Shown here: positions 10,631 to 20,453 of the stretch, one piece after another | Layout of the letters: each line of letters starts with the position of its first letter | Position numbering within the stretch: the stretch's first letter is position 1 | Origin: Bacteroidia bacterium | GTDB taxonomy: Bacteria; Bacteroidota; Bacteroidia; NS11-12g; UBA9320 | Length of the DNA stretch: 64,000 nt | Reading direction: 5' to 3' | NCBI GenBank assembly: GCA_965216465.1 | Contig: CBDCFW010000006.1 | Location: 928,001 to 992,000 of the forward strand | The notes under the pieces: generated by a model | Told to the model about the DNA's origin: nothing | Seen by the model: only the letters and a program-made list of their open reading frames with translations | The model's database searches: none | Position numbers and translations under genes: made by a program

Positions 10631-11377
10631 TCCAACCGGGCAATGATCGCTACCAAAGACTTCGTTGTGAATGGTTGCAGATTTGATATTTTTTTTCAGC
10701 GATTCAGAAACTAAGAAATAGTCTATTCTCCAACCCGCGTTATTTTTTCTGGCGTTGAATCGCATGCTCCAAAATGAATATTTCTCTTCTGTTGGATGCA
10801 ATTGTCTGAAGCTGTCAACCAAGCCTGTGCCTAGAATTCCATCGAGTCCGTCAATCTCAACTTGTGTATATCCGCTCGTTTTATTGTAATTGCTTTTGTC
10901 GTTCTTAAGGTCAATTGCAGTATGTGCAACGTTGAAATCTCCTGTAACAATAACCGGCTTTTTCTTTTGCAGTTCAGCCAAATAATTGGCAAAAGCTTGG
11001 TCCCAAGTAGAACGATATTCCAGCCTTTTTAAACCCGAACCGCTATTGGGAACATAAACATTGGTTAGAAAAAAATCTGGATATTCAGCGGTGATTACGC
11101 GACCTTCTTGATCATGCTCATCAATGCCCATATCTGAAGAAACATTTATAGGCTCAGTCTTTGAGAAAATTGCCACACCAGAGTAGCCTTTCTTCACCGC
11201 AGAATTAGAATAGATATGATAACCCTTGAGTTCAGTCAGTGCTTCTTGTACTTGGTCATCTTGAGCCTTAGTTTCTTGGACGCAAAAAATGTCGGCATCG
11301 AAGTCGTTGATAATATCAATCAGCCCTTTTTTTACGGATGCTCTTACACCGTTAACATTCCATGAGATTAATTTCAT
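10619..11377 (-). CDS. xth: Exodeoxyribonuclease III
   Basis: SWNVNG, QETK, GDFNVAH, GWRIDYF, SDHCP. Confidence 0.95.
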   Translation of the reverse strand: MKLISWNVNGVRASVKKGLIDIINDFDADIFCVQETKAQDDQVQEALTELKGYHIYSNSAVKKGYSGVAIFSKTEPINVSSDMGIDEHDQEGRVITAEYPDFFLTNVYVPNSGSGLKRLEYRSTWDQAFANYLAELQKKKPVIVTGDFNVAHTAIDLKNDKSNYNKTSGYTQVEIDGLDGILGTGLVDSFRQLHPTEEKYSFWSMRFNARKNNAGWRIDYFLVSESLKKNIKSATIHNEVFGSDHCPVGLEI

Positions 11378-11386
11378 GGGGCAAGT

Positions 11387-11836
11387 TTAGTAAATCGCTT
11401 CAATTTTTTCCTTCTTCCCTGCAAATACTACAGATTCTCCCGCTTGTTTTCCCATGAGCATTTGTGCAATAGGGGAGTTGGATGAAATAGCGAAAATTAC
11501 ATCTTTCCCAATCTCAATTTTCCCGATTCCGATGCACGGGTAAAGCAGCTTTTTGTTGGTTTGTATCAATGCACCTATTTGTGCTGAATCACACGCTAAA
11601 CTGGGATTAATCTGATTGAGAATTGCCATCTGCTTTTGGGCATTATTCATTTGCCGATTGAGGCGATCCATTTCTTCCTGACCCATTGCACGTGCGGTTT
11701 CAAACTTATTTCCTGCAGTGCTATTTTCCTCGTTTTCAATCGATTCTTGCACTTTATCCATTGCAGATTGCAGTTCTTCAATTTGATGCTTTAGCTTTTC
11801 TACACAAGCCTGATGTATGTCTGCCTTGTTAAGCAT
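11387..11836 (-). CDS. GreA/GreB-like protein
   Basis: Coiled coil with STAGNKFETARAM; ISSNSPIAQMLMGK. Confidence 0.7.
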   Translation of the reverse strand: MLNKADIHQACVEKLKHQIEELQSAMDKVQESIENEENSTAGNKFETARAMGQEEMDRLNRQMNNAQKQMAILNQINPSLACDSAQIGALIQTNKKLLYPCIGIGKIEIGKDVIFAISSNSPIAQMLMGKQAGESVVFAGKKEKIEAIY

Positions 11837-11909
11837 TCCTTACAAATTTATAAAAGATTTGTAATGTTTGTTACACAGTAAATTGCAAAACCGACCCAAA
11901 TTTGCAGCC

Positions 11910-12218
11910 ATGTTTGGATTTTTAAAGAAGCTATTTGGTCCTGGAGTGGACTTAAACGAAAAAATGAATGAAGGGGCAATAATTGTAGATGTTAGAACCC
12001 CCCGTGAGTTTGCTGGAGGCCATGTGAAGGGTTCGAAAAACATTCCACTAGATAAAATAAATGCTAAAATGGAGACCATTAAAAAATGGAATAAACCCGT
12101 AATTACTTGTTGTGCCAGTGGTATGAGAAGTGGGAGTGCTGCTTCAATTTTGCGCAACAATGGCGTTGATGCATACAATGGTGGTCCTTGGCAAAGAGCC
12201 AACCGTTTGGGCAAGTAA
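11910..12218 (+). CDS. Rhodanese-like domain protein
   Basis: IVDVRTPREFAGGHV, CCASGMRS. Confidence 0.9.
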   Translation: MFGFLKKLFGPGVDLNEKMNEGAIIVDVRTPREFAGGHVKGSKNIPLDKINAKMETIKKWNKPVITCCASGMRSGSAASILRNNGVDAYNGGPWQRANRLGK

Positions 12219-12275
12219 TTGCGTCAAATTGTCGGAATATCTCATTGGCATTGATTTTGACTTTATCTAATTGTA

Positions 12276-12572
12276 ATGGCAAATTTTAAAGACATCGTAA
12301 ATTCAGAAAAACCTGTTCTTGTTGATTTCTCAGCTGAGTGGTGTGGGCCTTGTAAAATGATGGTTCCAATTCTCGAAGAAGTAAAAGGAGAATTAGGAGC
12401 TGATGTTAAGGTGGTGAAAATTGATGTAGACCGCAATCCAGCCTTAGCTGTGGCCTATAATGTAAAAGGGGTTCCTACGCTTATGATCTTTAAGCAAGGA
12501 AAGCAACTGTGGAGAGAGAGTGGGGTAAGACAAGCTGGGGAATTAATCCATATCTTGTCGAGCCTAAATTAA
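12276..12572 (+). CDS. trxA: Thioredoxin
   Basis: WCGPC motif. Confidence 0.9.
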   Translation: MANFKDIVNSEKPVLVDFSAEWCGPCKMMVPILEEVKGELGADVKVVKIDVDRNPALAVAYNVKGVPTLMIFKQGKQLWRESGVRQAGELIHILSSLN

Positions 12573-13411
12573 GGGATCCACTTGTCTTTACCGAAGTCTG
12601 GTTTTCGTTTTTCTAAGAATGCATCTCGTCCTTCTTTAGCCTCATCGGTCATATAGGCTAAGCGAGTGGCTTCACCTGCAAATACTTGTTGACCGACCAT
12701 TCCATCATCGGTCAAATTCATTGCAAATTTCAACATCTTGATGCTGGTTGGAGATTTAGCTAGTATTTCTTGAGCCCATTGATAGGCCGTGTCTTCCAGT
12801 GCATCGTGTGGAACGACGGCATTTACCATACCCATCTCAAATGCTTCTTGTGCAGAGTAGTTTCGACCTAAAAAGAAAATTTCACGAGCTTTTTTCTGTC
12901 CAACCATTTTAGCAAGGTATGCAGAACCATAGCCACCATCAAAGCTGGTAACGTCGGCGTCCGTTTGCTTAAAAATAGCATGTTCTTCACTGGCGAGCGT
13001 CATATCGCACACCACATGCAAACTATGACCTCCGCCTACAGCCCATCCAGGAACAACTGCAATCACCACTTTAGGCATAAAGCGTATCAATCGTTGTACA
13101 TCAAGAATATTTAAGCGATGGTAGTTGTCTTCTCCCACATAACCTTGGTGTCCTCTGGCACTTTGGTCTCCTCCACTACAAAACGAATAAACCCCGTCTT
13201 TTGTGCTTGGACCTTCTGCACTAAGCAAGATTACGCCTATGCTGGTATCTTCCTGTGCATCGTGGAAAGCATCTAACAACTCGCTAGTAGTCTTGGGTCT
13301 GAAAGCATTTCGAACGTTGGGTCGATTAAATGCAATTCTTGCTACTCCGTTACACTTTTTGTAGGTAATATCTTCGTATTCCTTTGCGGTGGTCCAGTCG
13401 ATTTGGCTCAT
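12569..13411 (-). CDS. menB: 1,4-dihydroxy-2-naphthoyl-CoA synthase
   Basis: RNAFRP, FCSGGDQ, GWAVGGG, SFDGGYGS. Confidence 0.95.
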   Translation of the reverse strand: MSQIDWTTAKEYEDITYKKCNGVARIAFNRPNVRNAFRPKTTSELLDAFHDAQEDTSIGVILLSAEGPSTKDGVYSFCSGGDQSARGHQGYVGEDNYHRLNILDVQRLIRFMPKVVIAVVPGWAVGGGHSLHVVCDMTLASEEHAIFKQTDADVTSFDGGYGSAYLAKMVGQKKAREIFFLGRNYSAQEAFEMGMVNAVVPHDALEDTAYQWAQEILAKSPTSIKMLKFAMNLTDDGMVGQQVFAGEATRLAYMTDEAKEGRDAFLEKRKPDFGKDKWIP

Positions 13412-13460
13412 GCGGCAAATGTACAAGTTTCAGGAAGCTTCAAAAGACTTTGAAATCGAA

Positions 13461-14345
13461 TTATTTAGCATCCTGTAGGATACTTTCAACGTTTGTTTTG
13501 ATTTTAACGCAAAGTTCATCCAGAGCCAAATCGTTATCATCAAAACCGAATGGATCTTCAATTTCTTCAGCTAGAAGTTCAATGCTTACTAAAACATAAA
13601 AAATGAATACAGACAATAAAATCGTTCCGTACCCGAAAGTAGAGACAAAGCCTAAAGGAAGGGTCGTTACGTAGATGAATATGAACTTCTTTAGAAAAAG
13701 ATTGTACGAGAAAGGCATAGGTGTACTTTGAATTCGTTCGCACGCACCTGTAATGTTAGAAAACGTATTGAGGTTGGTGTCAAAGGTCAAGTACTCTGTA
13801 TCGGTTATCTTGCCTTCATCACGCATTTTGTGAAGACGAGCATACATCAACTTTGAGAAGAAACTTGGTTTGTGTGAAGCATCGTCGAACTCTTCCTTTT
13901 CTTCAGGATGTAATACTACTTGTAAGTCTTCCTGTCCTCCTCGCAAATGCCATTTTAAGGCAAAAACATAGTTCGAAATCATTCTTCTAAAGTATGCAAT
14001 GTCTTCATTGTCTTTAGTCGTAGTAGATACCTTTATAGCCAATGTACGGGTGTTGTTAACCAATTCGCCCCATTTTTTGCGACCTTCCCACCATCGGTCA
14101 TAAGCCGTGTTAGTGCGAAAAACAAGTAAGAGTGATAATACAAAACCTATAAGCGAATACACCGCAATTGTATCTTTAAAAATGTGTAAGTCTTTAACGT
14201 AGTTGAGCTCAACATAGGTCAACCCAAAAGAGAAGAGAGCAAGAATAATTATCTCATTAAATAGTATTCTTAGCGTATCGCTTTTTGGAATTTTGAAGAT
14301 CTGGGTAAACCAAATTTTAGGATTGTACTTAATCATGGATTTCAA
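13461..14345 (-). CDS. Bestrophin-family channel
   Basis: LLVFRTNTAYDRWWEGRKKW, GACERI, EIEDPFG. Confidence 0.9.
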   Translation of the reverse strand: MKSMIKYNPKIWFTQIFKIPKSDTLRILFNEIIILALFSFGLTYVELNYVKDLHIFKDTIAVYSLIGFVLSLLLVFRTNTAYDRWWEGRKKWGELVNNTRTLAIKVSTTTKDNEDIAYFRRMISNYVFALKWHLRGGQEDLQVVLHPEEKEEFDDASHKPSFFSKLMYARLHKMRDEGKITDTEYLTFDTNLNTFSNITGACERIQSTPMPFSYNLFLKKFIFIYVTTLPLGFVSTFGYGTILLSVFIFYVLVSIELLAEEIEDPFGFDDNDLALDELCVKIKTNVESILQDAK

Positions 14346-14444
14346 AAATATTAAGAATTGTAGAAATTCAACATTTCTAAAATTTAATCCACACGACTAA
14401 AAAAATTAATTGCTGTGATATAAATTTATACCCTTAACTAAATC

Positions 14445-16382
14445 ATGTATATGGCTTCTGAATCTATAACCCAATCACCTTTCGTGGTTCGAAACCACGA
14501 CCAATACCTTAAAGCGTATGAAGAAAGCGTTGCCGATCCGGAAGGATTCTGGGCCCGTTTTGCAGAGCAAGAATTTATATGGCAAAGGAAGTGGGACAAG
14601 GTGTTGTCTTACGATTTTGCAACGCCTAGCATAAAGTGGTTTGAAGGTGCTGAGCTTAACATTACAGAAAATTGCATTGATCGATACCTTGATTCTCAAG
14701 GCAATCAAACGGCCATAATTTTTGAGCCAAATTCTGTTACCCAAAGAGCAAAGTATATAACGTATAATGAGCTCGCGGTGCATGTCAATAAAGCCGCTAA
14801 CATGCTGAAGTCTGTGGGAGTTAAAAAAGGTGACCGTGTTTGTCTTTACATGCCAATGATACCTGAGCTTGCATTTGCAGTTCTTGCATGTGCGAGAATA
14901 GGGGCGGTTCATTCCGTTGTATTTGCAGGATTTAGTGCAAGAAGCTTAGCAGATAGAATTAACGATGCACAATGTAAGGTGGTAATTACGGCTGACGGGG
15001 GCTTCCGAGGAGAGAAGATTACTCCATTAAAAGATATTACAGATGAAGCATTGAAGTCATGCCCTTGTGTTGAAAGTGTAATTGTAGCACAACGAACCAA
15101 CTCAGAAGTTTTAATGGTTGATGGCCGTGATGTGTGGTGGGATGAAATCTTCGATCCAGCAAGTGAGGAGTGTGAACCAGAAACAATGAAAGCTGAAGAT
15201 CCGCTGTTCATTTTGTATACTTCCGGAAGTACAGGGAAACCAAAAGGTGTAGTACACACCTGTGGTGGCTATATGGTTTATACCAATTACAGCTTTAGAA
15301 ATGTGTTTCAGTATGAGGCCAAAGATATTTATTGGTGTACTGCAGACATAGGATGGATAACAGGACACAGCTATATCATTTATGGTCCTTTGAGTGCAGG
15401 AGCTACTACGCTAATGTTTGAAGGTGTTCCTTCTAGCCCAGACAATGGGCGGTTTTGGCAAATAGTTGAGAAGCACAAAGTGAATATCTTTTATACTGCA
15501 CCAACCGCCATTCGAGCTTTGGAAAAATGTGAATTGCAATTTGTTACGACATACGACTTAAGCAGTCTGAAAGTTCTGGGTACAGTAGGTGAACCTATAA
15601 ATTTAGAAGCATGGGAATGGTACGACGATCATGTTGGAAAGAATAATTGTCCGATTGTCGATACTTGGTGGCAAACCGAAACAGGGGGAATCATGATTTC
15701 AAGTTTAGCAGGTGCAACTAAAGACATTCCAACCTTTGCAACTTTACCATTACCCGGTATTCAACCTTGCTTGATGGATGATAGTGGTCAAGAGATTTTA
15801 GAATCAGAAGCCGAAGGAGTTTTATGCATTAAGCATCCATGGCCAAGCATGGCTCGAACAATTTATGGAGACCACGAACGATTCCGTAAGACCTATTATG
15901 CCGCTTATCCCGGAACCTATTTTACAGGTGATGGAGCAAAACGAGATGCAGAAGGAAATTACCGAATTACAGGTAGGGTAGATGATGTTGTTATTGTCAG
16001 CGGTCACAACCTAGGGACTGCTGAAATTGAGAATGCAATAGATGAGCATCCCCTTACGGTCGAAAGTGCAGTTGTTGGTTATCCGCACGAAATCAAAGGA
16101 CATGCAATTTGTGCTTTCGTAGCTTTGATGAATGACGATGAAGCTGTTGATTATGAAAAGCTTAGAGAAGAAATACTCGAAACAGTTGCGAAGTTGGTAG
16201 GTCCAATTTCTAAACCTGAACAAATTCAGTTTGTAGAAGCCTTACCCAAAACAAGGAGTGGTAAAATTATGCGGCGAATATTGAGAAAAATAGCATCAAA
16301 TGACACAGATGATTTAGGTGATATTTCGACCCTGTTAAATCCAGAGAGTGTAGAGGCTTTGATTGCCAGTAGATTAAACTAA
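14445..16382 (+). CDS. acs: Acetyl-CoA synthetase
   Basis: LYTSGSTGKPKG, DTWWQTETG, LPKTRSGKIMRR. Confidence 0.95.
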   Translation: MYMASESITQSPFVVRNHDQYLKAYEESVADPEGFWARFAEQEFIWQRKWDKVLSYDFATPSIKWFEGAELNITENCIDRYLDSQGNQTAIIFEPNSVTQRAKYITYNELAVHVNKAANMLKSVGVKKGDRVCLYMPMIPELAFAVLACARIGAVHSVVFAGFSARSLADRINDAQCKVVITADGGFRGEKITPLKDITDEALKSCPCVESVIVAQRTNSEVLMVDGRDVWWDEIFDPASEECEPETMKAEDPLFILYTSGSTGKPKGVVHTCGGYMVYTNYSFRNVFQYEAKDIYWCTADIGWITGHSYIIYGPLSAGATTLMFEGVPSSPDNGRFWQIVEKHKVNIFYTAPTAIRALEKCELQFVTTYDLSSLKVLGTVGEPINLEAWEWYDDHVGKNNCPIVDTWWQTETGGIMISSLAGATKDIPTFATLPLPGIQPCLMDDSGQEILESEAEGVLCIKHPWPSMARTIYGDHERFRKTYYAAYPGTYFTGDGAKRDAEGNYRITGRVDDVVIVSGHNLGTAEIENAIDEHPLTVESAVVGYPHEIKGHAICAFVALMNDDEAVDYEKLREEILETVAKLVGPISKPEQIQFVEALPKTRSGKIMRRILRKIASNDTDDLGDISTLLNPESVEALIASRLN

Positions 16383-16979
16383 TCAGCTTCTTGCAAATTG
16401 AAGTAACTGATTGCAGTTTCCTTTGTCTGCTTGTTTGAGAGAATGGATGTAGTGCTGGCGTTGATTTGCTGAAGTATTCAGGTTTTTAAGTCCCCAAGTA
16501 AATACGGGTTTCTTAAAAATATGACTAATAATGATATCGGCCATCAATCTTGAATGACGGCCATTTCCATTTGGGAATGGGTGAATTGAAACTAACCTAT
16601 GTTTGAATCTTATGGCTAATTCATCTGCTAAGAATGTATTGTTATTCTTCCAAAAAATACAATCCTCAATTAAAGTTCTGAGCTCAACTGGAATTAGATA
16701 ATGATTGACACCGATGTTTTTTTGTGTGAGTCTGAATTTTCCTGCCCAAACCCAAACTTCATCAAACATTTTTCTGTGAACTTGTTTAATAAAATCTTCA
16801 GATAAAATTTCTTTATCTGAAAATCTTCTTTTTAAGGACCATGCAATTGCTTTCTCTACATTCTGTTGCTCAAGCTCGTTAAGCTCAGATTGTGTGCTAA
16901 TCGAATTAATTTTAAGATCATTTAGTTCATTTGTTTCTATAGGGGTTTGTCCATAATCATATTTTAGAGCTAATCCCAT
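16383..16979 (-). CDS. Fic-domain protein (mobile mystery protein B type)
   Basis: HPFPNGNGRHSR Fic motif; GQTP N-terminus; paired with an HTH gene. Confidence 0.85.
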   Translation of the reverse strand: MGLALKYDYGQTPIETNELNDLKINSISTQSELNELEQQNVEKAIAWSLKRRFSDKEILSEDFIKQVHRKMFDEVWVWAGKFRLTQKNIGVNHYLIPVELRTLIEDCIFWKNNNTFLADELAIRFKHRLVSIHPFPNGNGRHSRLMADIIISHIFKKPVFTWGLKNLNTSANQRQHYIHSLKQADKGNCNQLLQFARS

Positions 16980-17428
16980 AGGTTTCTTGGCATTTGACGA
17001 ATAATTTCTTCTGTACGCTCCTTAATAGCTTGGGCTATTCGATCTTCAGAATTTTCTTGGCCTTCAAGTTTCATGGTTTGTGATGAGCGCAAAACAATCT
17101 CTTCTGCTAATGTCTTGGCTTGTTTCTTAATTATTTTTTGAACGGAACCATCGTTAGGATAAAACCCGTAGTAAAATGTCATGTTCATGGCTTGAGCAAT
17201 CTTATCCATGTTTTTCAAGGAAATTGAACCGTTATATTCAGATTTTTCAAACTGGCTTAATGATTGGGGCGAAATACTCAGTCTCTCGCCAAGTTGCCTC
17301 ATAGACATCCCAAGCAAATTACGGATAGAAGAAATCCATCTTCCTGTTAAACCAAGCGACAGGGGAACTGAGGGTTTCACTTGTTTTAGCCTAGCATCCA
17401 TTTGATGTATAGCGAGCTTGTTTTTCAT
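16970..17428 (-). CDS. XRE-HTH protein (mobile mystery protein A type)
   Basis: WISSIRNLLGMSMRQLGERL..EKSE..GSISL; QTMKLEGQ. Confidence 0.8.
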   Translation of the reverse strand: MKNKLAIHQMDARLKQVKPSVPLSLGLTGRWISSIRNLLGMSMRQLGERLSISPQSLSQFEKSEYNGSISLKNMDKIAQAMNMTFYYGFYPNDGSVQKIIKKQAKTLAEEIVLRSSQTMKLEGQENSEDRIAQAIKERTEEIIRQMPRNLWD

Positions 17429-17431
17429 AAT

Positions 17432-17489
17432 TATAAATAAATATATATAAAATTAAAATTCAAATATAAATAAATATATTTAAAATTAA
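17432..17489. repeat. 25-bp AT-rich direct repeat (1 mismatch, 33-bp period) upstream of the HTH/Fic pair
   Basis: TATAAATAAATATATATAAAATTAA at 17432; TATAAATAAATATATTTAAAATTAA at 17465. Confidence 0.55.
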
Positions 17490-18178
17490 GCTTTTACTAT
17501 GTAAATAACCGGACGCTTATGAAGATTAACATCAGAGGGCTTCCAATCTTTTACAAGCTTTGAAATGATCTGCTCCGATTTTGTTTCGATATCAGCAGCA
17601 ACACAAAGTATGGTATCATTTTGCAAGTTTTTAATCAGAAAGTCTAAAAACTGATTGTTGCGGTATGGAGCTTCCATAAAAATTTGAGAAGATTTACGAG
17701 CTTCAACTTCGAGCTGTTTCAACTTTTTAACTCTTTCTCTAGCATCTATCGGAAGGTAGCCGTGAAAGGCAAATCGTTGTCCGTCCATACCACTTGCCAT
17801 CAGAGCGAGAAAGATCGATGAGCTACCTGATAATGGGACAACTTGAACTCCTTTTTTGTGTGCGTATTTAACAACTTCACTTCCTGGGTCGGCAATAGCG
17901 GGTAAACCGGCTTCCGATAGCAGCCCTATTGATGATCCAATATTTTTATCGAAGAATGATCTAAACCCTATATAGTTGTTGTGCTTATCGAGCTCTGCAA
18001 ATTCAAAATCGCTTTGAGGGGTTGGGTGATCAATTGCTTTCAAAAATGCTCTGGCTGTTTTCTCACGCTCTACAATGAAATGCTTGATTTCATAAACATG
18101 TTTTAACGTCCGTTCAGGAAGGTATTCCTTTGAGAAAACACCAATGAAGTTTGGAACAAGGTACAATGCAGAATCCAC
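17486..18178 (-). CDS. RsmI-like tetrapyrrole-methylase-fold SAM methyltransferase
   Basis: GLLSEAGLPAIADPG, ALMASG..GQRFAFHGYLP, EAPYRN. Confidence 0.85.
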   Translation of the reverse strand: MDSALYLVPNFIGVFSKEYLPERTLKHVYEIKHFIVEREKTARAFLKAIDHPTPQSDFEFAELDKHNNYIGFRSFFDKNIGSSIGLLSEAGLPAIADPGSEVVKYAHKKGVQVVPLSGSSSIFLALMASGMDGQRFAFHGYLPIDARERVKKLKQLEVEARKSSQIFMEAPYRNNQFLDFLIKNLQNDTILCVAADIETKSEQIISKLVKDWKPSDVNLHKRPVIYIVKA

Positions 18179-18242
18179 GTTGCAATATTAAAACTTATCT
18201 CGCCGTTATGTAAAAGTAAGATTTGATTAACGACAATAACCT

Positions 18243-18866
18243 ATGAATGTAAGAAAGATTTTAGCGATTTGGGCCCTGGGATTGTTCGGACTTGCAGTAG
18301 TTGCTAGCACGACTTCCATAACCACTAAGAAAAAGGCTGAAGATTGGCAAAATGGGGATATCGTTTTTCAAGATTCTGAATCCGTTCAGAGTGAGGCAAT
18401 CAAGCTTGCTACCAATTCGAATTTTAGTCATTGTGGTATAGTCTTTAACCTAAACGATAAATGGATGGTGCTCGAAGCTGTTCAACCTGTTAGAGTTATA
18501 GCGATTGAAGATTGGATTGCTCAGGGATCAGGAGGGAACTACACTAAGAAAAGACTCAAAGATCCAGAATTACTCACCAGGTCGGTTGAAGCAAAGATGT
18601 GGAGTGTTGGCGAATCCTTTTTGAACAAAAACTATGATATTCATTTCAATTGGAGCGATGAACGAATCTACTGCAGTGAACTGGTTTGGAAGATCTACAA
18701 TCGAGGCTTGGGCGTTGAATTGGGCAAACCTAAATCGTTGAAAAAGTACAATTTAGAGCATAAACTTGTTCAAGAACAATTGAAATTACGCTACGGTGCT
18801 GACATTCCACTTAATGAGAAAATGATCTCACCTCAAGACATTTTTGAGAGCGAACTTTTAGAGTAA
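18243..18866 (+). CDS. YiiX/YebB-family permuted papain-like enzyme
   Basis: GDIVFQ..SEAIKLAT.S.FSHCG; IYCSELVWK. Confidence 0.85.
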   Translation: MNVRKILAIWALGLFGLAVVASTTSITTKKKAEDWQNGDIVFQDSESVQSEAIKLATNSNFSHCGIVFNLNDKWMVLEAVQPVRVIAIEDWIAQGSGGNYTKKRLKDPELLTRSVEAKMWSVGESFLNKNYDIHFNWSDERIYCSELVWKIYNRGLGVELGKPKSLKKYNLEHKLVQEQLKLRYGADIPLNEKMISPQDIFESELLE

Positions 18867-18877
18867 AACAGCCTATA

Positions 18878-19567
18878 CTAATCTTTATCTGCTTGAGTTA
18901 AGCTGTCAAAAATCCAAAGGGTTGAAAACAGCATTGAAAAAGCATAGCCAATGTCTTCTATGGGAATAGTTAAAATTCGAATTCCCATATTCTCGGCATT
19001 ATTATACCATACTACCTCCTCTGCAATCCACGAGCCTGTGAGAAGACCATTAACCACAAAGAAGGGTATGAGTATAACTAGAAATGAAACATAAAATCTG
19101 CTCAACTCGTTAAGTTTATAATATAAACCACCTCCCAAGATTAAGAGAAGTAATACATAATTTACGGTGGTATAAAGCTTACCAAAGTTGATGATTAACA
19201 ATATCGCTACTACACCCAGTATTAGTCCTGTTATTAAGCGGGTATAGCGTTCGTGCAACTTCACATCGGGTAGAAACCGTTCGAAACTGTAATGTATAAA
19301 CAGGCTAGCGAAGGGGATGCAGAAAAAGAATAGAACTTCTTCTAGGGGTAAGTTTACCAAATTTATTCCTATCAGGTAGTTAGGATTAAAGCCCCACACT
19401 CCAATTTTTGTAAATAGAACATCCCAAACTATAAATACGGCTGCTGTAATTGCCATGGCAAGAAAAAACTTCTTCCAACGCGTGATCATGCGCATACGAA
19501 AGAGCAGAGCAAAAATCAATGGAAGAGCAACTGAAAATATATTAATCAGGAGGTATAACCATTTCAT
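18878..19567 (-). CDS. Lycopene cyclase domain protein (CrtYcd type)
   Basis: Two repeats (WD..GVWGFN..PLEE; VVWYN..IPIED) within the crt cluster. Confidence 0.8.
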   Translation of the reverse strand: MKWLYLLINIFSVALPLIFALLFRMRMITRWKKFFLAMAITAAVFIVWDVLFTKIGVWGFNPNYLIGINLVNLPLEEVLFFFCIPFASLFIHYSFERFLPDVKLHERYTRLITGLILGVVAILLIINFGKLYTTVNYVLLLLILGGGLYYKLNELSRFYVSFLVILIPFFVVNGLLTGSWIAEEVVWYNNAENMGIRILTIPIEDIGYAFSMLFSTLWIFDSLTQADKD

Positions 19568-20022
19568 ATGTTAAAAAATCGTTTAGGGACCCAAAGCATT
19601 CCAAAACACTCCCCGTCTTCTTTCCCGAGATGTTTGTGATGAACTTTGTGGGCTTTTCTTAGGCCGATAAGGTAGGCATTTTTAGTTTTTTTAAACCACT
19701 TGAAGCGTTGATGAATTAGAACATCATGAATTAAGAAATAGGCTATGCCATAGCATAAAATACCTAGTCCAATGAAGAACATAAAGTTCAATTCAGGGGT
19801 AAATCCAAAATAGAACAACGCAATGCTTGGTATAGCGAAGATGAGAAAAAACAGATCGTTTTTCTCAAAAACTGAAGTGTATCGTGGTTGATGATGATCT
19901 TCGTGCAAGACCCACAAGAGTCCATGCATAACGTATTTATGTGTAAGCCAAGTAATGACTTCCATAGTTAAAAAAGTGAGCACCGAAACGGTGAAATAGA
20001 ATAGTGCAGTCAAAAGTGTCAT
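19564..20022 (-). CDS. crtZ: Beta-carotene hydroxylase
   Basis: His boxes HKYVMHG..HEDHH, HDVLIHQRF, HKVHH. Confidence 0.85.
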   Translation of the reverse strand: MTLLTALFYFTVSVLTFLTMEVITWLTHKYVMHGLLWVLHEDHHQPRYTSVFEKNDLFFLIFAIPSIALFYFGFTPELNFMFFIGLGILCYGIAYFLIHDVLIHQRFKWFKKTKNAYLIGLRKAHKVHHKHLGKEDGECFGMLWVPKRFFNI

Positions 20023-20453
20023 AGTGATGTGTTTTGTTTAATGTATTGATCAAGATAGGCTAGCGAACGGTCTTTTCCCAACTTGGATTTCAAGAATGTT
20101 TTGTCTGCTTTTATTATGTCGTCGTCTGACAAAAATGAAGGCAATTGTTCTTGAGTAAATAGTCGAACATATCGTGCATGTATATTGTTGGGATTGCTGT
20201 TCACCAACGCATTTAGTTTGTCATTGTATTTGTTGAAAGTTTTAAGCTTCGTAGCAGGGTTATAGGAATATTCTGCCTGCTTCATCTGGATGGAATAAAC
20301 ATATCCCAGATAACTGGCAGAAGAATATGATTTATACTTTTCAATAAATGCAAGTTCTTCTTTTTTATTCTTTAAACCGTGGTATTCTACAACTACGGTT
20401 TTTACACTTGTATTGCTACTGAAAAGCCACAATATGAATGATAAAATTAGCAT
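20019..20453 (-). CDS. Hypothetical protein in carotenoid operon
   Basis: ORF overlaps both neighbours. Confidence 0.55.
   Translation of the reverse strand: MLILSFILWLFSSNTSVKTVVVEYHGLKNKKEELAFIEKYKSYSSASYLGYVYSIQMKQAEYSYNPATKLKTFNKYNDKLNALVNSNPNNIHARYVRLFTQEQLPSFLSDDDIIKADKTFLKSKLGKDRSLAYLDQYIKQNTSL

Noticed and set aside
14475-16223. Many short antisense ORFs within acs (likewise in glmS, fadN and others)
   Set aside because: Shadows of well-supported genes on the opposite strand
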